Source: an uncultured Gemmatimonadaceae bacterium
Lineage (GTDB): Bacteria; Gemmatimonadota; Gemmatimonadetes; Gemmatimonadales; Gemmatimonadaceae
NCBI GenBank assembly: GCA_963822945.1
Contig: CAWGJO010000033.1
Coordinates: 1-64,000 of the forward strand
Length of the DNA: 64,000 nucleotides
Direction: 5' to 3'
Part shown: one piece after another, positions 48,067 to 58,598 of the stretch
How positions within the stretch are numbered: the first letter of the stretch is position 1
How the letters are laid out: each line of letters starts with the position of its first letter
The notes under the pieces: model-generated
Seen by the model: only the letters and a program-made list of their open reading frames with translations
Told to the model about the DNA's origin: nothing
The model's database searches: none
Made by a program: the position numbers and the translations under genes

Positions 48067-51000
48067 GTGAATCCTCGTCGTCTGTTGGTCCTGGCGGGTG
48101 TGCTCGCCGGTGCACTGGCGCTGGCGCATCCCGCCCGCGCGCAGGGGGCCGACGTGATCCGTGGCCGCGTGGTCGATCCCGACTCGAATCCCGTGTCCGA
48201 CGTGCAGGTGTCGGCCACGTCCATCTCCGGCAACGTGACGCGCACGGCGCGCACCGGGCGGGACGGCCGGTTCACGATCACCTTCCCGAACGGCGACGGC
48301 GACTACATGGTGGCGTTCAACCACCCCGGGTTCGCGCTCAAGCGGTTCGAGGTGAAGCGCACGGCCGACCAGGAGATTCTGGTGGCCGACACCAAGCTGT
48401 CGCGCGATCTGACGGTGCTCGACACGGTGCACGTGCAGGGGTCGCGTCCGCGCCCCAGGCGCAACGACACGCAGCCGGACATCGGGGGCACCGAGCGGCC
48501 CGTGAACAACCAGGCCCTCACCGCCGATCAGCAGGGCGACCTCGCGGCCATGGCGGCGTCGTTGCCTGGGGTGCTCTTTCTGCCCGGCTCCAACGGCGAC
48601 CCGTCGGGCTTCTCGGTGCTCGGCCTCGACGGCAGCCAGAACAGCAACACGCTCAACGGCATGGATTTCGGCGGGTCGAACATTCCGCGCGACGCGCAGG
48701 TGAACAGCTCGCTGGTCACGGCGCCGTACGACGTCTCGCGCGGCGGGTTCAGCGGCGGCCAGTTCAACATCAGCACGTCGTCGGGCACCAACTTCATCCG
48801 CCGTTCGGCGAGTCTGGTGATGGACGCGCCGCCGCTGCAGTGGACCGATCCCGCCGCGCGCGCGCTGGGCCAGCAGTACACCAATCTGAATCTGAGCGGG
48901 GGCCTGTCGGGCCCCATCCAGTTCGACAAGTCGTTCTACAACTTCTCGTATCAGTTGGGGCGGCGGTCCAATCCCTGGCACTCGCTGCTCAACACCGACG
49001 CGCTCGGTTTGCAGACGGCGGGCATCGCGCCCGATTCGGTGAACCGGCTGCTCGGGATCCTGGGCCAGGATCAGGTGCCGGCGACGATGCGCGGCGTTCC
49101 CGGCCAGAAACTCACCGACCAGGGGCTGGTGCTCGGCAGCTTCGACTGGGCGCCGCCAAGTTCGACCACCGGCCAGGCGCTCAACCTCACCGTGAACGGC
49201 GGCTGGTTCAAGTTCAATCCGCTCACCATGGGCGCCACGGAGCTGCCGGCGCACAGCGGCTCGTTGACCAGCTGGAACGCCGGCGTCCAGGCGCAGCACA
49301 CGGCCTACTTCGGCTTCGGCATCCTCACGGAGACCGGACTCTCGGTGAGCGCTTCGCACCGCTACGGCACGCCCTACCTGATCCTGCCCAGTGGCAGCGT
49401 GCGCGTGAACTCCGATTTCGCCAACGGCACGGCGGGGCTGCAGGACGTGGCCTTCGGCGGCAGTCCGTTCCTGAACACCAGCAACACCAGCCGGAGCGTG
49501 GACCTGCGAAACCAGCTCTCCTGGTTCAGCCTCGACAACAAGCACCGCATCAAGCTGAGCAGCGAGATCCGGCGCGACGCCTACTCGCTGGACCAGACCG
49601 GCAACCGGCTCGGCACGTTCACTTTCAATTCCCTCTCCGATCTCCAGGCCGGCACCCCGGCGAATTTCACGCGCACGCTCCTGCCGCGTACGCGCAGCGG
49701 CAGCGAATGGGTGGGCGGCCTGTCGCTCGGTGATTCCTACCGCGTCAGCCCCGACCTGCAGGTGCAGTACGGCGTGCGGCTGGACGGCAATCGGTACGAG
49801 GGCACCCCGCAGGCCAATCCGCTGGTGCAGCAGACCTTCGGCGTGCGCAACGATCTCGTGCCCAACCGGGTCTACGTGAGTCCGCGCATCGGGTTCTCGT
49901 GGAGCTACGGCGTGGCGCCGGAGATCGGCGGATTCCTGGGCGCAGTGCGCGGTCCGCGAGCCGTGGTGCGCGGCGGCATCGGGTTGTTCCAGAACGTCGG
50001 GCGCGTCACCGACATCGGATCGGCCGTGGACAACACCGGGCTGGCCACCGGACTGCAGCAACTCACCTGCGTCGGTGGGGCCGCGCCGGTGCCCGACTGG
50101 GCCCAGTACCTGAGCGATCCCTCGACGATTCCCACCCAGTGCGCCGGCGGGGGCGGCGGCACCGTGTTCTCCAACTCGGCGCCCAACGTGACCCTGTTCG
50201 CGCGCGACTACAACGCGCCGCGCAGTCTGCGCTCCAACCTGCAGTGGACCGGCCCGATTCTCGATAACCGCTTGCGGGCCACCTTCGAGGGCACGTACTC
50301 GCTGAATCTCAACCAGCAGTCGCTGGTGGACCTGAACTTCAATCCCGTGGTCGCCTTCCGGCTGGCGGACGAGGGGAACCGGCCGGTGTTCGTGCAGCCG
50401 GCGAGCATCGTGCCGGCCACCGGCGCCATCGCTTCCAGCGACGCGCACGTGTCCAGCGCCTTCAACCGCGTGACGCAGATGCGCTCGGACATGCGCTCGG
50501 AGAGCGAGCAGTTGAGCGTGCAGCTGGCGCCCACGGGGTTCAATACGAACTACAGCTGGAGCCTGTCGTACACCTACCAGAACGTGCGCGATCGCATGCG
50601 CGGGTTCGGCGGCGGCTTCGGTGGCGGCAACACCGCCGGCAATCCGCTCGACGTGACGTGGGGCCGCTCGAGCTACGACTCCCGCCATCAGATCCAGTAT
50701 TCGCTGGGCTACAACTTCTTCGATTGGGTGCGCGTGAACTGGTACGGCAACTTCCGGTCGGGCACGCCGTTCACGCCGCTCGTGGCGGGGGACATCAACG
50801 GCGACGGGTACGCGAACGACCGGGCGTTCGTGTTCGACCCGTCGCAGACGGCGGATCCCACGCTCGCCTCTGCCATGCAGTCGCTGCTCGCTGGCTCATC
50901 GGGGCGCGTGCGGTCGTGTCTGGAGCGGCAGCTGGGGCAGGTGGCGGGGCGGAACAGTTGCGAGGGACCGTGGACCAGCTCGGCGAGCATGTCGATCTCG

Positions 51001-51810
51001 TTCAACCCCATCAAGGTGCACATGCCGCAGCGCGCTACGCTCTCGTTCCAGATCTCCAACCCGCTGGGCGCTGCCGACCTGCTGCTCCACGGGCAGAACC
51101 ACACGCACGGGTGGGGACAGTCGGCGGTGCCCGATGCGTCGTTGCTGTACGTGCGCGGCTTCGACGCCCAGACGCAGCAGTACCAGTACCAGGTGAATCA
51201 GCGGTTCGGCGCCACCAACCCGCAGCTCACCACCTTCCGGTCGCCGGTGACGCTCACCGCCATGCTGCGCGTGGACCTCGGGCCCACACGCGAGCGGCAG
51301 CTCCTGGTGCAGCAGCTCGACCGGGGGCGCACGCACGAAGGCATCCGGCTCACGCAGCCCATCCTCCGCGCGCTGTACGGAAACGGCGGGCTCACCAATC
51401 CGCTGTCGGTCATCCTCCGCCAGCAGGACACGCTGCAACTCACGCCCGTGCAGGCCGACAGCGTGGCCACGCTCAACCGCTGGTACATCGTGCATCTCGA
51501 TTCCATCTGGACGCCGATCACCAGCTACTTCGCCGCGCTGCCCGATCACTTCGACGAGGGCGAGGCGTACCGTCGCTACCGTCGTGGGCGCGAGGCGTCG
51601 GTGGACCTCCTCCTCAAGCTCAGTCCCACGATCAAGGGGCTGCTCACCGACGCCCAGCGTCGCCGGCTGCCCTCCATCGTCGCCAGCTATCTCGATCCGC
51701 GCTACCTGTCGGCCATCCGGTCGGGCACGGCCGGCGCGTCGGGCTTCGGATCGGGTGGGGGCGTGCCGTTCATCGAGGGCGGCGCCGTGCGCGTCGTCAT
51801 CAGCAAGTAG
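48067..51810 (+). CDS. Oar-like TonB-dependent receptor with carboxypeptidase-regulatory-like N domain and long C-terminal extension
   Basis: Signal peptide; IRGRVVD..GRFTI; NTLNG..YDVSRGGFSGG..SGTN plug; YGVRLD, SPRIGFSW, SGTPFT..DINGDG barrel motifs. Confidence 0.85.
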   Translation: MNPRRLLVLAGVLAGALALAHPARAQGADVIRGRVVDPDSNPVSDVQVSATSISGNVTRTARTGRDGRFTITFPNGDGDYMVAFNHPGFALKRFEVKRTADQEILVADTKLSRDLTVLDTVHVQGSRPRPRRNDTQPDIGGTERPVNNQALTADQQGDLAAMAASLPGVLFLPGSNGDPSGFSVLGLDGSQNSNTLNGMDFGGSNIPRDAQVNSSLVTAPYDVSRGGFSGGQFNISTSSGTNFIRRSASLVMDAPPLQWTDPAARALGQQYTNLNLSGGLSGPIQFDKSFYNFSYQLGRRSNPWHSLLNTDALGLQTAGIAPDSVNRLLGILGQDQVPATMRGVPGQKLTDQGLVLGSFDWAPPSSTTGQALNLTVNGGWFKFNPLTMGATELPAHSGSLTSWNAGVQAQHTAYFGFGILTETGLSVSASHRYGTPYLILPSGSVRVNSDFANGTAGLQDVAFGGSPFLNTSNTSRSVDLRNQLSWFSLDNKHRIKLSSEIRRDAYSLDQTGNRLGTFTFNSLSDLQAGTPANFTRTLLPRTRSGSEWVGGLSLGDSYRVSPDLQVQYGVRLDGNRYEGTPQANPLVQQTFGVRNDLVPNRVYVSPRIGFSWSYGVAPEIGGFLGAVRGPRAVVRGGIGLFQNVGRVTDIGSAVDNTGLATGLQQLTCVGGAAPVPDWAQYLSDPSTIPTQCAGGGGGTVFSNSAPNVTLFARDYNAPRSLRSNLQWTGPILDNRLRATFEGTYSLNLNQQSLVDLNFNPVVAFRLADEGNRPVFVQPASIVPATGAIASSDAHVSSAFNRVTQMRSDMRSESEQLSVQLAPTGFNTNYSWSLSYTYQNVRDRMRGFGGGFGGGNTAGNPLDVTWGRSSYDSRHQIQYSLGYNFFDWVRVNWYGNFRSGTPFTPLVAGDINGDGYANDRAFVFDPSQTADPTLASAMQSLLAGSSGRVRSCLERQLGQVAGRNSCEGPWTSSASMSISFNPIKVHMPQRATLSFQISNPLGAADLLLHGQNHTHGWGQSAVPDASLLYVRGFDAQTQQYQYQVNQRFGATNPQLTTFRSPVTLTAMLRVDLGPTRERQLLVQQLDRGRTHEGIRLTQPILRALYGNGGLTNPLSVILRQQDTLQLTPVQADSVATLNRWYIVHLDSIWTPITSYFAALPDHFDEGEAYRRYRRGREASVDLLLKLSPTIKGLLTDAQRRRLPSIVASYLDPRYLSAIRSGTAGASGFGSGGGVPFIEGGAVRVVISK

Positions 51811-51861
51811 ATTCAGGACGGGGCGCCGCCGGGCGCCGCGCCGCACTTACCGGAGCCAGCC

Positions 51862-53250
51862 ATGAACCGTCGCATCCCCATCGCACTCGGCGTCGCTCTC
51901 TTCTCCGTGGCGCCCACGGTCCGCGCCCAGCAGGCGCTGCCGCCGGTGCACCCCATCGGGCCCATCGAACACGTGACCACGGAGCCCATGAAGGCCGTGT
52001 CGCAGGTGCGCGAGCTGCCCGGGCGGCGCGTGTTGGTGAACGACATCGTGGACCACCGGGTGCTGCTGTTCGACTCCACGCTCGCCCACGCGACCGCGGT
52101 GGCCGACTCCACGTCGAGCACCGCCAACGCGTACGGCAACATGCCGGGCGGGCTCATTCCCTACCGCGGCGATTCCACGCTGTTCGTCGACCCGGCCTCA
52201 CTCTCCATGCTCGTGCTGGACGACGCCGGCAAGATCGCGCGTGTGATGTCGGTGCCGCGCCCCAACGAGGCGATCTTTCTCATCGGCGGCCCCTTCGGCA
52301 CCTCCGGGTTCGATCCCGCCGGCCGGCTCGTATACCGCGGCAACACCCTGCGGATGCGCGTGCAGCCCGACACCGGCAAGAGCGACAAGGAGAGCAAGGG
52401 GGACCCGGCCGACATGCTTCCGCAGTTCCCCGACTCGGCCCCCATCGTCCGCGTGACGCTCGCCACGCGCGTCGAGGACACGGTGGCCTATTTCAAGATT
52501 CCGCCGACGAAGATGACCATCAAACGCACCGACAACGGATTCGTGGCCACCTCGACGGTCAACCCGATGCCGGTGGTCGACGATTGGGCCCTGCTGCCGG
52601 ACGGCACCGTGGCCGTGGTCCGCGGCCGCGACTTCCACATCGACTGGATCCATCCCGACGGGACCAGGACCTCCACGGCCAAGATTCCCTTCGACTGGCA
52701 GCGGCTCACCGACGACCAGAAGGTGGCCGTGATCGACTCGGCGAAGCAGGTGCTGGAGAAACGCCGCGCCGACCGGATGGCCGCGCTGACCGAAACCCGC
52801 ACGGCCACCAACGCCGGCGGCAATGAGCGCCGGGTGACGGCCTCGGCCGGCGGCGATGGGGGCGGCGCCGCGATGGGCGGCATGGTGATCGTGATGCGCA
52901 AGTCGGACGGCGAGGGCGGCGGGGCCGCGCCACCGATGCGCGGCGGGTCCAACGAGCAGGTCAAGATGCCGCCGCTGCAATTCGTGCCGCCGTATGAGCT
53001 GCCGGACTACCGGCCGGCGTTCGGCACCGGCGCCACCAAGTGCGACCTGCAGGGCAACCTCTGGATCCGCACCTCGCAGGCCACCGACGGGCGCCCGGTG
53101 TACGACGTCGTGAACGAGCAGGGGGTACTGGTGGATCGCGTGCAGCTCCCCGCCTTCCGGACCATCGCCGGCTTCGGCCAGGGGGTGGTGTACATGGGCG
53201 TCACCGACAGCACCGGCGCGGTGCACCTGGAGCGGGCGCGGATGAAGTAG
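51862..53250 (+). CDS. Secreted beta-propeller-like hypothetical protein
   Basis: GGAG RBS; signal peptide; DDWALLPDGTVAVVRG; DLQGNLWIR..YDVVNEQG.LVDRV. Confidence 0.75.
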   Translation: MNRRIPIALGVALFSVAPTVRAQQALPPVHPIGPIEHVTTEPMKAVSQVRELPGRRVLVNDIVDHRVLLFDSTLAHATAVADSTSSTANAYGNMPGGLIPYRGDSTLFVDPASLSMLVLDDAGKIARVMSVPRPNEAIFLIGGPFGTSGFDPAGRLVYRGNTLRMRVQPDTGKSDKESKGDPADMLPQFPDSAPIVRVTLATRVEDTVAYFKIPPTKMTIKRTDNGFVATSTVNPMPVVDDWALLPDGTVAVVRGRDFHIDWIHPDGTRTSTAKIPFDWQRLTDDQKVAVIDSAKQVLEKRRADRMAALTETRTATNAGGNERRVTASAGGDGGGAAMGGMVIVMRKSDGEGGGAAPPMRGGSNEQVKMPPLQFVPPYELPDYRPAFGTGATKCDLQGNLWIRTSQATDGRPVYDVVNEQGVLVDRVQLPAFRTIAGFGQGVVYMGVTDSTGAVHLERARMK

Positions 53251-53449
53251 CCGCGCCCCTGCTCCCGCGTGCGATCGGGCAATCGGGGGATCGGTCCTTT
53301 ACAGGCCGCCGAAGGATCGCTTAACGTCAAAGGACTGGGCTTTCCGGCGCGCGAGCCGGGAGCTCGGAGCCGACGCTGACTCCGGCTCTTGCTGGCGTCC
53401 CGGGAGTGCCCTGCATCGGAAATCTCGATTCAACACACGGGAGGCAGGG

Positions 53450-53965
53450 ATGCGGCTCGATCAACACGGGTTCACTCGCGTTCGCCTGACGGGAGCGATC
53501 GCGGCGACGACGGCGATGCTGTTCGTGCTCGGCGCGTGCGGGGGCGGCGAGAAGAGCGCGGCCACCGACACCACCAGCGCCATGGCGGCGCCCACCGACA
53601 CCACGGCGGCGGCCGGTCAGATGGCGGCGGCGCCTGCCATGGGCGCACCCCCGGCCGGCGCGACGGCGGCCATGGTGAGCCTGGGTGACAGCATCTTCCA
53701 CGGCCAGGCGGCCGGCGGACTCTGCTTCACCTGCCACGGGGCGGATGCCAAGGGTGGACCGCTGGCGCCGAACCTCACCGATACCGCCTGGCTCACAGGT
53801 GACGGCAGCTATGCCTTCATTCAGAAGCGCGTGACCGAAGGCATGCCCAAGCCCACCGCGCCCTATACGGCGCCGATGCTGCCCATGGGCGGCGCGACGC
53901 TGACGCCCGACCAGATCAAGGCCGTGGCTGCCTACGTGTACACGCTCAGCCACCACGGAAGCTGA
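53450..53965 (+). CDS. Monoheme cytochrome c lipoprotein
   Basis: GGAGG RBS; LGAC lipobox; CFTCHG; APNL; MLPMGG. Confidence 0.9.
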   Translation: MRLDQHGFTRVRLTGAIAATTAMLFVLGACGGGEKSAATDTTSAMAAPTDTTAAAGQMAAAPAMGAPPAGATAAMVSLGDSIFHGQAAGGLCFTCHGADAKGGPLAPNLTDTAWLTGDGSYAFIQKRVTEGMPKPTAPYTAPMLPMGGATLTPDQIKAVAAYVYTLSHHGS

Positions 53966-53973
53966 ACGTCGCC

Positions 53974-54001
53974 GGGGACTCCCGGTTCGCCGGGAGTCCC
54001 C
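53974..54001. terminator. 12-bp perfect hairpin between convergent genes
   Basis: GGGGACTCCCGG-TTCG-CCGGGAGTCCCC. Confidence 0.75.
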
Positions 54002-54031
54002 GCGCCGCGGGCGTTCGCCCGCGGCCGGCCG

Positions 54032-55094
54032 TCAGGCGGAGAGTTGGCCGCGAAGCTCGGCGCGCACGACGGGCAGAGACTCCGGGTGGCGCTCCTGCAG
54101 GTAGGCCACGAGCTGCTCGCGCACCAGGCAGCGCAGATCCCACGCCTTCGACGAGTCGGAGGCGCTCATCAGCGCGCGGATCTCCACCGTCTGCTCCTTG
54201 GAGTCGGTCACCTGCACGTTCCACACCTTTCCGTCCCACAGGTCGGTGGTGCCGAGGATGCGGTGCACCTCCTGGCGTAGCTCCTCCACCGGCACGCGGT
54301 AGTCGGTGTACACGAACACGCTGCCGATGATGTCGGCGCTGGTGCGCGTCCAGTTCTGGAACGGGTGCTCGATGAAGTAGCTGAGCGGCACCACCAGCCG
54401 CCGGAGATCCCAGATCCGGACCACGACGTAGGTGGTGCGGATCTCCTCGATGCGCCCCCACTCGCCCTCGACGATCACGACGTCGTCGATCCGGATGGGC
54501 TCGGTGAGCACGAGCTGCACGCCGGCGATGAGATTGGCCAGGGTGGGGCGCGCCGCGAGGCCGACCACCAACCCCGCCAGCCCGGCCGACGCCAGAATGC
54601 TGTCGCCGATGTGCCGGATGGTGGGGAAGGTCATGAGGATGATCGCCGTGGCGACGATCGTGACGATCACGATCGCGATGCGGCGCAGCACGCGGATCTG
54701 CGTGAGGACGCTCCGCGCGCGCAGGTTGTCGGCAACGTCCATCGGAAAGCGCTCGGCCACCAGATCGTCCACCACCGAGAACATCGCGATCAGCAGCCAC
54801 GCGCCGGCGGCGATGAGCAGCACGCCCAGGGTGTGGCGGAGCGCCGCCTCCGTGTCGGCCGAAAGCTGCAGGCCGGGCAGTACGAACAGGATGGCCGCCA
54901 ACGGAAAGAGCACGCGCGTGGGGCGTCGCGCGTGGTTCACGACCGATTCGTCGAACTTGGTCGCGGTCATCCGCGTGAGCCGGAGCGCTACGCGGTTGAG
55001 CACGGCATGCGCGGCGAGCGCCAACAGCCGGAGCCGCAACGACGACGACGAGCGACCAGACCCAGTGGTGGGATGGGTGAAGGAAATCGGCCAT
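54032..55094 (-). CDS. MscS mechanosensitive channel (frameshift near 55035)
   Basis: GGAGG + ATG at 55094; ASAGLAGLVVGLAA..NLIAG..PIRIDD..GEWGRIEEI..WDLRRLVVP..PFQNW. Confidence 0.9.
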
Positions 55095-55245
55095 GGCACC
55101 TCCGGAAATCGAGACGGGAACTTGGAGCGACACCGTCGGAGTAATGGGCCGTTGGCCCGGTGGATGCAACCGCCGGGGAAAAACGAACGCGGGCGGCGAC
55201 TCACCGTGAGTCACCGCCCGCGCTCACCATCGGGTCAGCGTGGCG

Positions 55246-57333
55246 CTATCCGTGACACGCCGCGCCGCCGAAGCGGCCGCCGAATCCGCGGCCCGCGGGC
55301 TCGGCGGGCGCCGGTTGCCGCGGCCAGGTGTTGTCCTCCACGTCCTTGTCCGGGAACCGGCAGTGCGGGTCGAGCACGATGCGCTCGATGCGCCGCGGCC
55401 CGAAGTCGAACGTCGCCTTGAACGTCCGGCTGCCGCCGAACCACACGTCCACCGGATAGGTGACCGTGGCCGTGGTGTCGTCCACGATCTTCGCGTTCGG
55501 CACTCGGCGCAGCGCCGGGCCGCCGGGCGCGAAGTGCACGTTGAGCACCACCGGCGACGGCATCTGTCCCGCCTGGTGCACGGTCACGGTCGTGCGGCCG
55601 CTCATCGCGCTCACGTTCTGGATGGATCCGTCCACCGCTTCGGTGGTGAACAGCCAGTAGTACCAGAACCAGCCGAGGTCGCGGTGCAGGGCGTTGTCCA
55701 TGAAGAAGGCGTAGTCCCACGGCGAGGGGTGCTTGAACCGCCAGGCGTGCGCGTACTCGCTCATCGCGTGCCACACCGCGCTGTCGCCAACGATGCCGCC
55801 GAGCATCGAGAGCATCATCGGCGCCTTGCTGTACGCCTGGAACGAATACATGGGGCCGCCGTAGTTGGCGTCCCACATCAACGTGCCCTCGCGCTCGTTG
55901 CCGCTCGTGCGGCCGTAGCTCTGGCCGGGCCCGTCCAGATCGGCCGGCCGTCGCTGCCGGTCGTCGCGCGACAGGATGTTCATGTACTGGTTGAATCCCT
56001 CGTCCATCCAACCGTACCAGGTCTCATTGGTGCCCAGCGTCATCGGCCACCATTCGTGTCCGGTCTCGTGATCCGACGCGCCCGTGCTCGACATGATGAA
56101 CATCGGGTACTCCATGCCGAGTTCCGGACCGTCCACCATGGTCATGGTCGGGAACGCATACGGGAGCCAGAGTTTGGAGTAGAACTCCAGCGCGTGGGCC
56201 ACCGTGGGCCCGGCGTCGGCGTACTGCGGCGTGTGGCCCGGCAGGTACATGATGTTGATGGGCACGTTCTTGCCCGAACCCGGAATCACGGCGTGGAAGC
56301 CGTCCCAGACGAACTGATCCGACGTGGCCCAGGCCACGTCGCCGGCCGTGTCGGCCACGAAGTGCCACACCAGCCGGTCGCCGGCGGCCGTCGCCTTGCC
56401 CGGCCCGAACTGGTCGGGACTCAGGATGCGCACCGTCGAGTCGGCGGTGAGCGCCCGCTGGAGGCCTGCCCGCTCGTCGGCAGTGTACACCTCGTCAGGA
56501 TTCTGAAGGATGCCGGTGGCACCCACCAGCCAGCCTGCGGGCACGTCGAGCTTCACATCGAAGTGGCCGAAGTTGTTGTAGAACTCGGATGGGCCGAGAT
56601 ACGGCTCGGTGTCCCAGCCACCCTGGCGCAGGTCGTCGAACACCATGACCCGCGGGTACCACTGGCCCACCTGGTAGAGGGTGTCCCCCCAGGCTCCCAT
56701 GCGGATGCCACGAGTGGGCGAAACGACCTTGGGCACGGTGAAGTGCCAGTCGGCGTCGAGGGTGAAGCTCCCGTGGGCCGGCACCGGCTCCGGCAGGGTG
56801 ATCCCGGCCACCGTCTGCGACATGTCGTAGGCGGCCAGTTCAACCGGGGGCGGAGCCGCGCCGCGTCCGCCGCGCCCGAACCGCCGCGGCGGGCCTCCCT
56901 GGTTGAGCGCCACCGGCTTTCCGTCCACGCTGAGCGCCGTCACCTGCATGCCGTCGGTGATGTCCGTGACCACCTCGGCCTTCGGCACGTTGGCGGCGAA
57001 CAGATTCTGATCGAGACGCAGCATGATGGTGCGCATCTCGTCGGGCCCGTTGTTGTGCACCACCACGTGCTCGTGTCCGGTCACCAGCCCCGTGGCCGGA
57101 TCGAAGCGGGCGTTGATCGTGTAGTCGGTCCAGAGCTGCCAGTAGTTGGGGCCCGGACGCCCGGTGCTGTCGCGGGTGCCGGCGGCAAAGGCCCGCTGGA
57201 TCATGTCGGTCATCGGGATGTCGTGCCGGATGGCACGCTCCGGATACTTCGGAGTCGCCTGAGCGAGGCTGGCAGCGGGGAGCGCCGCCAGCGCGCCCAG
57301 CGCGGCCAGGGCGGCGAAGGTTCGTGAGCGCAT
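55246..57333 (-). CDS. Secreted M1 family metallopeptidase
   Basis: AGGAG RBS; GMEYP; HETGH-X18-E; AYSK; WRFKHP. Confidence 0.92.
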   Translation of the reverse strand: MRSRTFAALAALGALAALPAASLAQATPKYPERAIRHDIPMTDMIQRAFAAGTRDSTGRPGPNYWQLWTDYTINARFDPATGLVTGHEHVVVHNNGPDEMRTIMLRLDQNLFAANVPKAEVVTDITDGMQVTALSVDGKPVALNQGGPPRRFGRGGRGAAPPPVELAAYDMSQTVAGITLPEPVPAHGSFTLDADWHFTVPKVVSPTRGIRMGAWGDTLYQVGQWYPRVMVFDDLRQGGWDTEPYLGPSEFYNNFGHFDVKLDVPAGWLVGATGILQNPDEVYTADERAGLQRALTADSTVRILSPDQFGPGKATAAGDRLVWHFVADTAGDVAWATSDQFVWDGFHAVIPGSGKNVPINIMYLPGHTPQYADAGPTVAHALEFYSKLWLPYAFPTMTMVDGPELGMEYPMFIMSSTGASDHETGHEWWPMTLGTNETWYGWMDEGFNQYMNILSRDDRQRRPADLDGPGQSYGRTSGNEREGTLMWDANYGGPMYSFQAYSKAPMMLSMLGGIVGDSAVWHAMSEYAHAWRFKHPSPWDYAFFMDNALHRDLGWFWYYWLFTTEAVDGSIQNVSAMSGRTTVTVHQAGQMPSPVVLNVHFAPGGPALRRVPNAKIVDDTTATVTYPVDVWFGGSRTFKATFDFGPRRIERIVLDPHCRFPDKDVEDNTWPRQPAPAEPAGRGFGGRFGGAACHG

Positions 57334-57443
57334 CGAAACTCCTGATCGGGGGTCCATCACGAGCCCGGCCGGAACGCCGGGTTCACCAGAAATACCATGC
57401 GGTACTACATATTGAAAGGGACGCCAACCCCGAGGCCGAATTC

Positions 57444-58145
57444 ATGGAGCCCCCCGCCCGACACCGCGAAACGCATCGCACCGACCGCATCGGCTGGCTG
57501 CGCGCCGCCGTGCTCGGCGCCAACGACGGCATCGTCTCCACGGCGAGCCTCGTGGTGGGCGTGGCGGCCGCCAGTGCCGCGCATGCCGATATTCTCCTGG
57601 CGGGCATTGCCGGGCTCGTGGCCGGGGCCATGTCGATGGCCGCCGGCGAGTACGTGTCGGTGAAGTCGCAGGCCGAGACCGAGCAGGCCGACCTGGCGCG
57701 CGAGCGGTCCGAGTTGAAGGGCGACCCGGAAGTGGAGCATGTCGAGCTGGCCGGGATCTACGTGAAGCGGGGGCTCGAGCCGGCGCTGGCGCGCCAGGTA
57801 GCCGACCAACTCATGGCGCACGATGCGCTCGGCGCGCACGCGCGCGACGAACTCGGCATCTCGGAGGTCGTCACGGCCAAGCCCATCCAGGCGGCGCTGG
57901 CGTCGGCGGGCAGCTTCGCGGTGGGCGCGGCGATGCCGCTGCTCACCACCTGGCTCGCGCCGGTAACGCGCGTGATCCCACTCGTGATCGCGGGCTCGCT
58001 GGTATTTCTGGCTCTGCTGGGGGCGGTTGCGGCGCGCACGGGAGGGGCGCCGGTGGTGCGAGGCGCCATCCGGGTGACCTTCTGGGGCGCGCTCGCCATG
58101 GCGATCACCGCGGGCGTGGGGCACTTGTTCGGGACCGTCGTCTAG
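57444..58145 (+). CDS. VIT1/CCC1 family Fe/Mn transporter
   Basis: WLRAAVLGANDG, AGAMSMAAGEYVSV, AHARDELG. Confidence 0.93.
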   Translation: MEPPARHRETHRTDRIGWLRAAVLGANDGIVSTASLVVGVAAASAAHADILLAGIAGLVAGAMSMAAGEYVSVKSQAETEQADLARERSELKGDPEVEHVELAGIYVKRGLEPALARQVADQLMAHDALGAHARDELGISEVVTAKPIQAALASAGSFAVGAAMPLLTTWLAPVTRVIPLVIAGSLVFLALLGAVAARTGGAPVVRGAIRVTFWGALAMAITAGVGHLFGTVV

Positions 58146-58178
58146 CGCGGTTCCCCAACCGCGGGCACCGCCCCGGGG

Positions 58179-58547
58179 TCAGGTCTCGCCGGCGAGCGCC
58201 TCGAGCGTCGACTTCAGTTGCTGCGTCGTGGTCGGCTTGCCGAGGAACTCGGCGGCGCCCGCGTCGAACGCGGCCTGCCGGGCTGTGGGGTCGGTGGTGC
58301 CGCTCAGCACGATCACCGGGATGTGGGCGGTCTTGCTCGAGGCCCGCAGCTTCTCGAGCGCGCCCATCCCCGTGCCCCCCGGCATGTTGAGGTCGAGGAG
58401 GATCGCGTCGGGATGCGGCGAGCGCATGGCGAGCATCAGCGTCTGCATGGCATCGAACGCCGGCATCGGCCGGTGGCCGAGTCCGCGCACCATGGCGCAG
58501 ATGGTCTGCGACGTTACCTGGTCGTCTTCGGCTACGAGTATTCGCAC
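58179..58547 (-). CDS. Single-domain response regulator (CheY-like)
   Basis: ILVAEDD, ILLDLNMPG, PVIVLS, FLGKP. Confidence 0.9.
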   Translation of the reverse strand: MRILVAEDDQVTSQTICAMVRGLGHRPMPAFDAMQTLMLAMRSPHPDAILLDLNMPGGTGMGALEKLRASSKTAHIPVIVLSGTTDPTARQAAFDAGAAEFLGKPTTTQQLKSTLEALAGET

Positions 58548-58598
58548 CGGCCGCACTCCGGTCGAGAGCCAAACCACGGCCATCGCCGGCCGCACCAT

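Noticed and set aside
53298..53327. Sigma70 promoter TTTACA-N18-TAACGT upstream of cytochrome c
   Set aside because: Plausible but too weak to support without TSS data
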